DNA of 64,000 nt, from positions 48,222 through 112,221 of the forward strand of contig JAEUSF010000001.1 of assembly GCA_016788665.1 (NCBI GenBank), read 5' to 3'. Within the stretch, counting starts at the first letter, position 1. Each line of letters opens with the position of its first letter. Of this stretch, positions 1-10,083 are shown piece after piece. Made by a program: the position numbers and the translations under genes. The notes beneath the pieces are model-generated. The model was not told the DNA's origin. It made no database searches and saw only the letters and a list, made by a program, of their open reading frames with translations. This DNA is from Candidatus Doudnabacteria bacterium (lineage in GTDB: Bacteria; Patescibacteriota; Doudnabacteria; UBA920).

Positions 1-1055
1 ATAATATTTTTGCTTTTTAAGGTTTTAGATAAGGTAAATAGAATAAAAAAAGTAAAACTTATGAGACCCGTTAGTCCTGTTTCCGTCCAAAAATTTAAAA
101 AAATATTATGAGGATAGTTGTGGGGTGGAAGAGTTTTGTCAGAAATTAAGTTGTTATATTCTTTTGCATAGCCGCCTAACCCTAAGCCGAATATTGGAGA
201 GCTTTTAATTGCTTTAATTCCGCTTTGCCATAGAGTTATGCGTGAAGAAGCAGACTTTTCCCCAGTAAAAGGAGAGAAGAGTTTTGTTTTTATGCTGGGA
301 GTGGCTAGGGCTATAATTATACCAATTGTTATGACTATAGCTGCGGTTTGGCGGATTTTTTTGTCTCCGGTCCATATGGCATAAAATGTAAGAGCGCCTA
401 CTATTCCTAACCAGCCTGCGCGGGAAAATGAAAATATGAGCCCCGTAATTCCAAAGAGCCAGGCTAGTATTTTTAAATTTGGGAAAGTTCGCGTCTTTGT
501 GCTTAATAATAAATCAGGTATTAAAAGCGCTAAGAGCGGAGCAATAAAAAGTGCGTAAAAATTAGGATGTAGAAAAAAGCTAACCGATCTTTTTAATTCA
601 ATGTCGTTGCCTTGAAAAAGAATTGGCAAGCCAAAGTTTGTAAAGTATTGGAAAATTGCGTACATACCGCATACAGAGACTGTAAAATATATTAAATTTA
701 TAAGTTTTTGTTTTTTTAAATTGTCGGTGAAAATATATTTTCCTATAACAAATAAAGAGACTGGTTGAACAAAAAGCACAAAAAATTGACCTAGGTTTTT
801 TATAGGCTCTCCTTGTACAAAAAGCGAGATTAGTCCAGAAAGCAAAAAAAGACCCACAAAAAAGTTTTCACGAAACAGTTTTTTTACAAACTGAAAAAAC
901 AAACCCAAGGCGTTCTGTTTTAAAAGCTGCAAAAAAAACATTAGCCAGACTGCTAAAACTCCCAGCATTAAAAAGTTGCCAGGAATGCCGAGCAAATTTA
1001 TTTTTATGAAATAAAGTGGTGAGATAAGCAGGCTAAGTAGAAATATATATAGCAT
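1..1055 (-). CDS. O-antigen ligase (Wzy_C)-like polytopic membrane protein, 3' end truncated by window start
   Basis: Not in the ORF track. Manual minus-strand translation from ATG at 1053-1055 (MLYIFLLSLLISPLYFIKINLLGIPGN...FSFSRAGWLG...HPHNIFLNFWTETGLTG...) runs without stop to position 1. It is hydrophobic, with SRAGW and H.HN...E.G motifs typical of Wzy_C/WaaL-family ligases. Confidence 0.5.
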   Translation of the reverse strand, partial: MLYIFLLSLLISPLYFIKINLLGIPGNFLMLGVLAVWLMFFLQLLKQNALGLFFQFVKKLFRENFFVGLFLLSGLISLFVQGEPIKNLGQFFVLFVQPVSLFVIGKYIFTDNLKKQKLINLIYFTVSVCGMYAIFQYFTNFGLPILFQGNDIELKRSVSFFLHPNFYALFIAPLLALLIPDLLLSTKTRTFPNLKILAWLFGITGLIFSFSRAGWLGIVGALTFYAIWTGDKKIRQTAAIVITIGIIIALATPSIKTKLFSPFTGEKSASSRITLWQSGIKAIKSSPIFGLGLGGYAKEYNNLISDKTLPPHNYPHNIFLNFWTETGLTGLISFTFFILFTLSKTLKSKNI

Positions 1056-1056
1056 A

Positions 1057-3651
1057 CTAAAAATTGTTGCCTGGAATTTCGTAATTTAGAATAATACTGG
1101 TATCAGCGGAATTGCCTGTTACGTCCACCGCTTTGGCTGCTATTGTGTGTTTGCCGTTTCCATAGTTATCTGGCAAATCAAAAATATATGGAATGGAATT
1201 TATGCTCTTTATAAAATTGCCGTCCACCGAAATATCTATTCTGGCAATGTTATTTTCTCCAGTTGCTGCTATTTCTATTCGGACTGGCAGGCTGAAGACC
1301 GAAGAGTTATCTTCGGGTGAGTTTATACTTATAGCGGGTGGATTGCCTATATTTGTTGGGGTTGTTGAACCGTTCAGTGAGGCAGGGTAACCAAAGCCAT
1401 TTTTTAAGGCCCAGCCATTTACTGCATTTTCCCAATTTTGATTTTTTGGATTCTCGCTTTTATAAACTAAGTATGTGCGGTAGATTATTTGATTAGGGGG
1501 TGTTAGAGGTGTGGCTGGCTGCCCGGTAAAAGAATCTATCTCGACCGCTTTATGTACGTCGTCGTATTCAGTAGGGATACTGTAGCTGGCAAAAATTTCT
1601 GTCTTTGTAGTTGGAGTAAGTTGAGTTGGAAGTTTGCCCGAAACACTGTCAACAACAATTTCTTGAATACCCGAAGGTCTTTCAAATCGTTCGACAGGAG
1701 TGTCTTTTAGGGCGTTGGTCATAAACTCTTTCCAGATTGGTGCGGCAACAATGACACCGTCAGCTCCCCTCTTCATAAGACATTTAGGGTTTTTACTTCC
1801 ACAATTATTTCCACTCCATACTCCTGCTGCCAATGACGGAGTAAATCCCATAGTCCAGCCGTCGTGCCAGTCGTTTGTGGTGCCGGTTTTAGCTGCTACG
1901 GGTCTTCCTGGTAGTGTTAGTGGTGAGTTGGAGCCGAATACGTAGCTCCGGGCATTGTTATCTGACATAATATCTGTCAGTTCATAAACTGCCTGTGGGT
2001 CTAAAACTTCTTGGGGCTTATTTTGAAATTCTTCGACTATTTGATTGCTTCTGTCTTGTATTTTTAGAATAAAAGTAGTGGCATTTTTTACGCCCTTGTT
2101 TGCCAAAGTTGCATATGCGCTTGTGTGGTCAACCAGTTTTACTTCGCATCCTCCCAATACCAACGAAAGGCCACAATTAGACAGGGGGCTGGTTATGCCA
2201 AGTTTTTTAGCTGTCTCTGTGGCATTATCTACTCCGACTAATGCCAGAGTTTTTACGGCAGGTATGTTTAAACTGCCTGCTAAGGCTTGTCTCATAGAGA
2301 TGGGTCCCCTTTCAGAACCATCGTAATTTTGAGGTATATAGTCTTTGTTATTAAACTTTCCGAAATTTGTTGTGACATCCATTAACATACTCGCTGGGGC
2401 ATATTTGTGTTCTTTGTCGAAAGCGGTTACATATACATATGGCTTAAAACTGGAACCAGGCTGTCTGGGGGCAGTGGCTACGTTGAATTGAGGTTCAAAC
2501 AGACAATTGTCACCAGATTTGCAGCTTTCTGGTGAAGATGTTCCAAAATAGTTTTTACTGCCCACCAGAGCCAAAATTTGGCCTGTCTTTGGTTCAATAG
2601 CAACCAAGCTGGAGTTGTTGGCGTTGTATTTTTTAGCGTTATTTTCTGCATACTTATTAACAGCATCCTCAGCGATTTTTTGTAATTTTGGGTCTAGTGT
2701 CGTGTACACTTTTAAACCACCTTCTTGCAAGGTTTTCTCACCAAACTTTTCAGCCAAATAGTCTTCCACCATAAAGACAAAATGAGGCGCGGTTATAGAA
2801 GTTCTTATGTTGCTAAAAGCCACCTTTTCTTCCTTGGCTTGTTTTTCCTGTTCCTGGCTTATGTAACCATCTTCCCGCATTCGCTGCAAAATGTAATTTT
2901 TTCTACCATCTAAAGTTGTTCTGTTGGGGCCGAATGGGTTGTAGCGGCTAGGAGATTGTGGTAAGGCTGCAAGATAAGCTGCCTCTGCTAAGCTTAAGTC
3001 TTTGGCGTGTTTTCCAAAATATCCTTGGCTGGCTGCTTCGGCTCCGTAAGTGTTTTTTCCGTAGGGAATTTCGTTAAGGTACATTTGCAATATTTCATCT
3101 TTTGTAAACCTGGTTTCCATAGCCACGCTTAAAATAACCTCTCTAGGTTTTCTGTCCCATGCGCTGTAGTTTATTAAAATTGCATTTTTTACCAGCTGTT
3201 GTGTTATGGTGCTGCCCCCTCCCCCACTCCTGTCCAAATTCACGGCCAGTCTGAAAACCGCCCTGCCTATTCCTGTGAAAGAAATGCCATGATGTTTATA
3301 GAAATCTTTATCTTCTATGGCAATAGTGGCCTTTTTCAAGTACTCGGAAATTTCTTCAGATGGCACCAGAGTTCTTTTTACTTCGCCGTGTATTTCGTAT
3401 AGCAAGGAGTTGTCGCGAGCATAAATCTTTGTGCTTTCGGCAACTTGTCTTTCTACTAGTTTGCCCGGGTCAGGTAGGTCTTTAGAGTAATATAAAAACA
3501 GTACGGCGAACAAAAATATTCCAACCGCTGCAGTTCTAAAAAACCAAAGTGCTAAAGTTTTTATATTCCACTTAAAACTTCGTCCTTTGGATTTTTTAAA
3601 TTTTATTTTTTTCCCAGCCTTGTCTTTGCTCTCAAAGCTATATATCCGCAT
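1057..3651 (-). CDS. mrcA: class A penicillin-binding protein (bifunctional glycosyltransferase GT51 / transpeptidase), PBP1A-like
   Basis: N-terminal TM, GT51 motifs (GGSTITQQLVKN, RKxxE), transpeptidase SSFKP (SxxK) and KTGTT motifs, C-terminal extension. Confidence 0.85.
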   Translation of the reverse strand: MRIYSFESKDKAGKKIKFKKSKGRSFKWNIKTLALWFFRTAAVGIFLFAVLFLYYSKDLPDPGKLVERQVAESTKIYARDNSLLYEIHGEVKRTLVPSEEISEYLKKATIAIEDKDFYKHHGISFTGIGRAVFRLAVNLDRSGGGGSTITQQLVKNAILINYSAWDRKPREVILSVAMETRFTKDEILQMYLNEIPYGKNTYGAEAASQGYFGKHAKDLSLAEAAYLAALPQSPSRYNPFGPNRTTLDGRKNYILQRMREDGYISQEQEKQAKEEKVAFSNIRTSITAPHFVFMVEDYLAEKFGEKTLQEGGLKVYTTLDPKLQKIAEDAVNKYAENNAKKYNANNSSLVAIEPKTGQILALVGSKNYFGTSSPESCKSGDNCLFEPQFNVATAPRQPGSSFKPYVYVTAFDKEHKYAPASMLMDVTTNFGKFNNKDYIPQNYDGSERGPISMRQALAGSLNIPAVKTLALVGVDNATETAKKLGITSPLSNCGLSLVLGGCEVKLVDHTSAYATLANKGVKNATTFILKIQDRSNQIVEEFQNKPQEVLDPQAVYELTDIMSDNNARSYVFGSNSPLTLPGRPVAAKTGTTNDWHDGWTMGFTPSLAAGVWSGNNCGSKNPKCLMKRGADGVIVAAPIWKEFMTNALKDTPVERFERPSGIQEIVVDSVSGKLPTQLTPTTKTEIFASYSIPTEYDDVHKAVEIDSFTGQPATPLTPPNQIIYRTYLVYKSENPKNQNWENAVNGWALKNGFGYPASLNGSTTPTNIGNPPAISINSPEDNSSVFSLPVRIEIAATGENNIARIDISVDGNFIKSINSIPYIFDLPDNYGNGKHTIAAKAVDVTGNSADTSIILNYEIPGNNF

Positions 3652-3708
3652 GGCTTAATTATAGAGTATTATGTATAATGTATCTAGTATAATGTAAAGT
3701 GCATATTT

Positions 3709-4896
3709 ATGTCATCTAATATAATTGAAGAAATTTTAACCCGGGGTGTTGAGGAAGTTATTGACAAAGAGCAGTTAAAAATTGCCCTAATGTCAAAAAA
3801 AAGTCTTAGAATTAAGCTTGGTATTGACCCCACTTCTCCCAATATTCATATAGGTAGGGCTGTGGTCTTATGGAAGCTTAGAGCGCTACAGGAACTGGGT
3901 CACAAGGTGGTTTTTATTGTGGGTGATTTCACCGGCCAAATTGGCGACACCTCTGACAAAGATTCCGAGAGACCCATGTTGTCAGATGAGCAGATAAAAA
4001 ATAATATTAAAACTTATTTTAAACAGGCAGGAAAAATTATAGATGCTAAAAAAGCAGAGATGCATTATAATTCTCGGTGGTTAAAGAAGTTGGGTTTCTT
4101 AGAGATTGGAAAAATTGCCGACTTGTTTGGTCTCCATGAGTTTGAGGCGAGGGAAAATATTTCTCGAAGGCTAAAAAGTGGAAAAAGAGTTTCTTTAAGA
4201 GAACTGCTCTATCCTCTAATGCAAGGTTATGACAGTGTTGCGGTTAAGGCCGATGTAGAACTTGGCGGGACGGACCAAAGGTTTAATTTGCTTGCGGGTA
4301 GGGTGATTCAACCGTATTATGGCCAAAAACCCCAAAATATTTTAATGACCACCCTAATGGAAGGAACAGATGGTAGAAAAATGTCTTCTTCTTGGGGAAA
4401 TGTAATAAATATTACCGACTCCTCAAAAGACATGTTTGGTAAAGTCATGTCGGTGGGAGATGGTCTTATAAAAAAATATTTTGTTTTAGCGACCCGAGTG
4501 TCTTTAGACAAGGTAGAAGAGATTTTAAGTTTGAACAAAAATCCCAGAGACCAAAAACTTCTATTGGCTCAAGAAATTACTTCTTTATATTATGGTCCTA
4601 AAGTTGCAGAGTCGGAAAAAGAAGCGTTTATAAAACAGTTTACAAAAGGAGAGTTGCCGGAAGAGATTGAAAAACGGAAAATTACTGGTAAATTGTTGCC
4701 GGCTGGGCAGTATAAGTTGTCTAAATTACTAAAAGAAACCGGGCTTGTTTCTAGCACAGGAGAGTCTAGAAGATTAATAGACCAAAAAGGTGTAAAAGTA
4801 AATAATGTGGTTAGCGGGGATGTTGATTTAGTTATAGATGGTAAACAAGAGTATTTGTTGCAAGTTGGAAAAAGACGGTTTCTAAAAATAGTATAA
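3709..4896 (+). CDS. tyrS: tyrosyl-tRNA synthetase with C-terminal S4 domain
   Basis: Class I HIGH-like region (PTSPNIHIGRAV), KMSSS (KMSKS variant), C-terminal S4-like RRLIDQKGVKVNN. Confidence 0.8.
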   Translation: MSSNIIEEILTRGVEEVIDKEQLKIALMSKKSLRIKLGIDPTSPNIHIGRAVVLWKLRALQELGHKVVFIVGDFTGQIGDTSDKDSERPMLSDEQIKNNIKTYFKQAGKIIDAKKAEMHYNSRWLKKLGFLEIGKIADLFGLHEFEARENISRRLKSGKRVSLRELLYPLMQGYDSVAVKADVELGGTDQRFNLLAGRVIQPYYGQKPQNILMTTLMEGTDGRKMSSSWGNVINITDSSKDMFGKVMSVGDGLIKKYFVLATRVSLDKVEEILSLNKNPRDQKLLLAQEITSLYYGPKVAESEKEAFIKQFTKGELPEEIEKRKITGKLLPAGQYKLSKLLKETGLVSSTGESRRLIDQKGVKVNNVVSGDVDLVIDGKQEYLLQVGKRRFLKIV

Positions 4897-4910
4897 TAAA
4901 AATTTAAAAA

Positions 4911-4947
4911 CCCTCCCGTTTCTGCCGATTGGCAGGGGGAGGGTTTT
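4911..4947 (+). terminator. rho-independent terminator after tyrS
   Basis: ccctccc...gggaggg stem followed by TTTT. Confidence 0.7.
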
Positions 4948-5216
4948 GCTAACGCTATTTTCTTGTTTACATTTCGGAAGAGGTGCTGCCCTCTTCTTTT
5001 TCTTCGGTGCCTTCTGTTACTACGCCGCCGTCATTGGTGGCTCCACCCATTGGTTCGTCGTCAAAAAACATATTGTTTCTCCTGTAGTTTCTTTAAAAGA
5101 AACTTTAAAGATTAAATTTTACAATTCTCCGACGAAGAAGAACTGTATAAAAATTATAACATAGCTAATTTTGGTGTCTACTAAAATATTAATTTGTCTG
5201 TTGATAAGATGGTAAT

Positions 5217-5708
5217 TTAAAGATATTTGGAGTTTCTGTAAAAATGACCTGCACATAATGCTACCGCCAAGGCATCTGCCGCGTCGTCGGGTTTGGGAAT
5301 TTTCTTAAGCTTGAAAGTTTTTTGCACCATGTACTGAACTTGTTTTTTCTCCGCTTTTCCATAACCGCAAATAAAGTTTTTTACTTGCAAAGGTGTGTAT
5401 TCTAAGACTGGTAAAGAATTTGTTTGGCAAATATATAAAGCAACTCCGCGGGCTTGTGCTACAGTTATTGCAGTTTTTTGATTTGATGTAAAAAAAAGTT
5501 TTTCAACTCCTACGGCTTCAGGAGAGTATTTTTTTATAATATCCTTTATGTCGTCACCCAATATTTTAAGACGCTCTGCGTCGCTTAAAGTTTTTTTTGT
5601 TTCAATAACCCCAAAGTCAACCAGTTTAAATTCGCCTGATTTTTTATGGCTTTCTATTATTCCGTAGCCGGTCGTGGCGGTGCCGGGGTCGATACCGAGA
5701 ATGATCAT
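5217..5708 (-). CDS. ruvC: crossover junction endodeoxyribonuclease RuvC
   Basis: MIILGIDPGTATTGYGII N-terminus and catalytic acidic residues; about 160 aa. Confidence 0.85.
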   Translation of the reverse strand: MIILGIDPGTATTGYGIIESHKKSGEFKLVDFGVIETKKTLSDAERLKILGDDIKDIIKKYSPEAVGVEKLFFTSNQKTAITVAQARGVALYICQTNSLPVLEYTPLQVKNFICGYGKAEKKQVQYMVQKTFKLKKIPKPDDAADALAVALCAGHFYRNSKYL

Positions 5709-5807
5709 AAATCAAAGTTTAAATATGAAAATGTAAAATTACAGTCGTCACCCGAACGGCGGCTCTATGCTTTTAACTGTGATCTTACATTTTTAATTTT
5801 AGTAAGC

Positions 5808-6527
5808 TTATAAGTTAGCGCTCGTATGCACACCAATAACATCTTCGTCACTCTCTAATTCTGCAAATAAACTGTCTACTTTGGGCTTTTGTTCTTCCGT
5901 AAGATCTACTCCCTGGGAAGATTCTTTAATAATATCGGCTTTGGCAATTTTTGCTCCGACAGAAGTGAGTGCGTCTTTTATTTTTTTTAAATCAATCGGG
6001 GTAGTGTAAACTTCTAGGCCTTCTTCGGACTCTCGTACGTCATTTGCGCCGGCATCTATGGCAGCAAGCTCGATTCTTTCTAAACTATTGTCTCGTTTAA
6101 CCAATATTTGTCCCTTGGTTTCAAATTGCCAGGCAACAGAGTTTTGTGCGCCTATGCTGCCGCCATGTTTTGAAAAAATATGTCTAATATTTTGGTAAGT
6201 CCTGTTGGTGTTATCGGTCGCGGTCTCTACTAAAAAGGCTGTACCAAAAGGTCCATACCCTTCGTAAATTGCCTCGGTAATGCTGCCAGCTCCCCCACCC
6301 ATAGCCGCTTTAATGGCTCGTTCAATGTTGTCGTTTGGCATGCCCTGATCTTTGGCGTAGTCTATTGTGCTCTTTAGTTTATAATTTACGCTTGGGTCCC
6401 CACTTCCCCCGCCTTCCTTTACGGCAATGCTTATTTTTTTCCCAAGTTTAGAATATAAAAGCCCGCGCTTTTGGTCGAGTGCGCCTTTGCTGCGTTTTAT
6501 TTGTGACCATTTAGAATGACCGGACAT
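5808..6527 (-). CDS. yebC: YebC/PmpR family DNA-binding transcriptional regulator
   Basis: MSGHSKWSQIKRSKGALDQKRG N-terminus, diagnostic of the YebC/TACO1 family. Confidence 0.85.
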   Translation of the reverse strand: MSGHSKWSQIKRSKGALDQKRGLLYSKLGKKISIAVKEGGGSGDPSVNYKLKSTIDYAKDQGMPNDNIERAIKAAMGGGAGSITEAIYEGYGPFGTAFLVETATDNTNRTYQNIRHIFSKHGGSIGAQNSVAWQFETKGQILVKRDNSLERIELAAIDAGANDVRESEEGLEVYTTPIDLKKIKDALTSVGAKIAKADIIKESSQGVDLTEEQKPKVDSLFAELESDEDVIGVHTSANL

Positions 6528-6556
6528 GTTCAGAATTAAGAAGTAAGAATTATGAA

Positions 6557-7225
6557 TTAAGATTTGAAACTAATGATAACAGTAATCTCCCCTTTTATGC
6601 TTGGTTTTTCTTGAAGTTGGTGGATTACATCTAGCGGGTTGCCGCGAATGAATTCTTCGTGGAGTTTGGTAAGTTCTCTTGCTACAACTACGTTAGCTGT
6701 GGGAAATGCATTTGCTATGTAAGAAAGGGTTTTTAAAATTCTTTCCGGAGATTCATAAAAAATTGCTGTGGCTTCTGCTGCTTCCGCGGCTTGTAAGGCA
6801 GAAACGGTTTTTGCAGCTGTCTTTTGCAAAAATCCGAGAAACATAAAACGGTCGGTGGGCAGGCCCGAGGCAGAAAGCGCTGCTATGGCAGCATTGGCGC
6901 CAGGGATTGGAATTACTTGTACGTTTTGGTTAACGCATTCTCTAACCAGTCTAAACCCCGGGTCGCTTATGCCAGGAGTTCCGGCATCGGTAATAAATGC
7001 ACCGTTTTGTTTGGAGAGTCTTCGGGCTAGTTCTTTAACTACTTGCTGCTCGTTATGTTCTGCGAATTGGAATATTTCTTTATTTCTGATATCTAAATGT
7101 TGAAGCAACCTATTTGAATAACCAGGATTTTCTGCAACTATAAAATCGCACGCTTTTAAGGTTTCTATCGCGCGTAAGGTTATATCCCCCAGGTTCCCTA
7201 TTGGTGTTGCAACAACGTAAAGCAT
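6557..7225 (-). CDS. rsmI: 16S rRNA (cytidine1402-2'-O)-methyltransferase
   Basis: MLYVVATPIGNLGDITLRAIETL...DFIVAE, tetrapyrrole-methylase fold typical of RsmI. Confidence 0.85.
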   Translation of the reverse strand: MLYVVATPIGNLGDITLRAIETLKACDFIVAENPGYSNRLLQHLDIRNKEIFQFAEHNEQQVVKELARRLSKQNGAFITDAGTPGISDPGFRLVRECVNQNVQVIPIPGANAAIAALSASGLPTDRFMFLGFLQKTAAKTVSALQAAEAAEATAIFYESPERILKTLSYIANAFPTANVVVARELTKLHEEFIRGNPLDVIHQLQEKPSIKGEITVIISFKS

Positions 7226-7268
7226 TTGATTTAAAAGAATTAAAGGATTTAAATGACTGACAAGATTA

Positions 7269-7571
7269 TTAGAAATTATTTGAATGCTTGCTAATAGATG
7301 TTGACCTTGATGCTGTCATGACAGCTGTTAGTTCGTCAGCTTCTTTTAATAAAGATTCAACTGTTACCTCGTTTAAAATATTGGAAGCAACCATAAGTTC
7401 TAACCAGCCTAATGTTTCGTCTGGCTCTTTTACCACAGTCCCCATTTTCAAAATAAAATCTTTTGGTAATTTACTCCTACAAGCAGCTCTGTAGTTACTG
7501 TATATGTCAGTACCCGATCTTAAAATTTGATCCCCTATTTTTCTAACCACTAACCCATGATTTTTCTCCAA
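7269..7571 (-). CDS. four-helix-bundle protein (23S rRNA intervening-sequence protein family, TIGR02436/PF05635-like)
   Basis: SNYRAA..S...DFI.K....E..ET..WLEL pattern shared with the second copy at 46749-47093; flanked by inverted repeats (see findings). Confidence 0.55.
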   Translation of the reverse strand: MEKNHGLVVRKIGDQILRSGTDIYSNYRAACRSKLPKDFILKMGTVVKEPDETLGWLELMVASNILNEVTVESLLKEADELTAVMTASRSTSISKHSNNF

Positions 7572-7690
7572 ATATTGTACAAGTTTAACAATCCTTACCG
7601 CAAACTTTTTGGTTCTTTCTTTTAATTCGTCGCGTGTTATAGGGTGTAATCATTTAAATCTTTTAAATGATGTCGACCTTTTAAATCATA

Positions 7691-7963
7691 CTACTCGTCA
7701 GTAGGTTCTAGTCCAAACATTTCTTCTATAAGCTGGTACTTATTATGGAGCATTTCTCGGTAATCTCCTAATTCCCATTTAGAGTCACCTTCCGCTTGGT
7801 CGTAGTCGTCTTGAGTTTTTTTCAGTTCCTCATTTATTTCTTCTAGGATTTCGTAAGCCTGATCTTCGGTTTGAGGGGCTTGGTCCATCCATTCTTCAAA
7901 AGTTAGATTTAAAAGTTTTTCGTACTTTTCTTGATATATGTTTCTAAGTTTGTCTTGGTCCAT
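7691..7963 (-). CDS. small acidic hypothetical protein (90 aa)
   Basis: Complete ORF, highly acidic (many D/E), no recognised domain. Confidence 0.4.
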   Translation of the reverse strand: MDQDKLRNIYQEKYEKLLNLTFEEWMDQAPQTEDQAYEILEEINEELKKTQDDYDQAEGDSKWELGDYREMLHNKYQLIEEMFGLEPTDE

Positions 7964-8548
7964 AAGTAGTGTTTATGCGGATCTGCGGATTGGTCGCGGA
8001 TATGCTGATGTCTATGGATTATGCATCAGTAGGAATCCGTTTATCCGTGTACAATCAGTAGGTCCGTGTTAATTTAGTAGCTCATTTATTTTACAATAAA
8101 ATTTGAAAATGAAAAACCCCTTGCATATCCACTAAGTGGTCATGACAAGAGGTTTTTGAAAAGCTGAAAATAAGAGTCTATAGCCGTGCGATTCACCGCA
8201 CAGCCAATTGTCCAAAAAATGAGGACAAAATGAGCACGGCTTGTGCTTTAGTTTTTTTATTCGATTGTATTTTGTTTTTGTTTCATTCTCCTTTTGGAGA
8301 AGAAAATTGCTTTTCTATATACAGTATAGCAGATTTTTGTCCGCTTGTCTAGAGTCTTTTTGCTAAATTATGAAGGTTATCAAAAATGATGTTGGTAATT
8401 TTTTGTAGTCTCCTTAGTCAAAATCGTATTTTTTACTTCAAAATCGAAAAGTTTGCTTTTTAAATCTTTAAATTGCCGGAAATTTGCGTGAATTTGATCA
8501 GTGTTATCATAGAATATAACTGCCAATTTTATTTTTTTTGAAAGCATA

Positions 8549-10012
8549 CTATATCCAATCAAAATTAATTGCTGCTAGATCGTCAAAAGTTATGGTTTTG
8601 CTTAGTTTCTCTGAAGCGGGTATATATTTTTGAGAAAAATAGTCGTAAAGGTCAGCGGTGGCTACCGAAAGAAGTTTGTTAAATTCCATTTTAAAAACTT
8701 GGTCTAAATATTCTTTAGTCATACCATTTTGAGCTATTATATCTGCAGCGTATAAAGCCCTAATTTGTTCGTTTATGCGTCCAAAAAAGATTGCTATGCC
8801 AGCTATAAACCCTGTCGTGTCGACTTCATTTATAAGGTCGTGCTCGGTGGAATATTCGGTGTTTTCTAAACTTTTTAACCACGCTTGTCTAAAGTGTTCT
8901 AAGTAGACCGTTGAGCCATAGCCCGTAAGAGGTTTTACTCCGGCATAAAAGTTTAAAACAGAAAAAATGGTAAAAAGACTAGGGTAAATTTCTTTTTTTT
9001 CCAGCAATTCAATCACAATGTCTGGTTTAAGTTCTATGCTTAAATGTTTAAAGCGTTCGTCCTCCGGCACAAGCTTATTGCCTTGGATGTACATCCTTAA
9101 AGAGCGGGGTTCGTTTGGATATTTTCGCCAAAAGAAATGTGTGCCTTTTTTTTCTTTTTCGTTCCAAGCGACCACTATGCCTCGAAAGTTATTTATTACC
9201 TTATTTCTGAGATTTTCTTCAAACAAAGAGGCGGAAACAAAATTGTCCTCTCTTAATATTTGCTTTAAGCATTCTGCTATAAGCTCCTCTTGAGTAATAT
9301 ATATAAGTTCAGGTAGACGCTTTCTTACAGAGCCTTCAAAAATTAAAGGCCAAGTATTTTTTACAATTAAGCTAACTTGATCGTTATAATTTGTACAACT
9401 TTCAAAATTTATATTATTTACTAAACTTTGGTATTTATCTAAAAAGTTTTTTTCCGACTCGTTAAATACGTTCCATCGTTTTATATTCTTTAAGCGGTCT
9501 ACAAAATTAAAGTCCCTTTTTGGTATAAAGTAAGAACAGTACTCTCTTTCGTTAGCGCTAAATAAAGGAACAGTTTTTCCATGAAATTGAAAACCACTTT
9601 TGCTGAAATAATTGTTAGGCGGTACATCGCCACTGGAAATTACTATGGTGGCAGATTGCCTGCGGCTTCCCTGTATTTTTGAAACGCTACTTATTACGTT
9701 TGAGGAAACTAAAATTGGGTGGTTAAGTATTTGGTGGTGATCTGCAATATTAAAAGATAAATTTTCTTCCAATTCAACTCTTAACTGGTTAATGGCGTCA
9801 GGTCCAAATAATGCAGTGATTTTATTTAGCAAAATTTTTTTTATTAAGCCTTGTCTAGTTTTGTGTATATTAGAAACTTTGAAATTATACAACTTATCAG
9901 AGTAAATATTGACCGGGTCTTTGACATCTAAAAAGCGTGCAAAAAGCGGCACATAATGTTTTATCTGTTCTATAATTTTTTCTTTTTCCAAAATAATTTT
10001 GTCGGTATCCAT
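8549..10012 (-). CDS. hypothetical protein (487 aa), no recognised domain
   Basis: Long uninterrupted ORF in the AT-rich context; no P-loop or other diagnostic motif seen. Confidence 0.5.
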   Translation of the reverse strand: MDTDKIILEKEKIIEQIKHYVPLFARFLDVKDPVNIYSDKLYNFKVSNIHKTRQGLIKKILLNKITALFGPDAINQLRVELEENLSFNIADHHQILNHPILVSSNVISSVSKIQGSRRQSATIVISSGDVPPNNYFSKSGFQFHGKTVPLFSANEREYCSYFIPKRDFNFVDRLKNIKRWNVFNESEKNFLDKYQSLVNNINFESCTNYNDQVSLIVKNTWPLIFEGSVRKRLPELIYITQEELIAECLKQILREDNFVSASLFEENLRNKVINNFRGIVVAWNEKEKKGTHFFWRKYPNEPRSLRMYIQGNKLVPEDERFKHLSIELKPDIVIELLEKKEIYPSLFTIFSVLNFYAGVKPLTGYGSTVYLEHFRQAWLKSLENTEYSTEHDLINEVDTTGFIAGIAIFFGRINEQIRALYAADIIAQNGMTKEYLDQVFKMEFNKLLSVATADLYDYFSQKYIPASEKLSKTITFDDLAAINFDWI

Positions 10013-10083
10013 GTCTGAATTGTAAAGAAAATATATATTATTTACAATATTCCAAATAAAAATCCGCCTAACGCGGATTTTTA

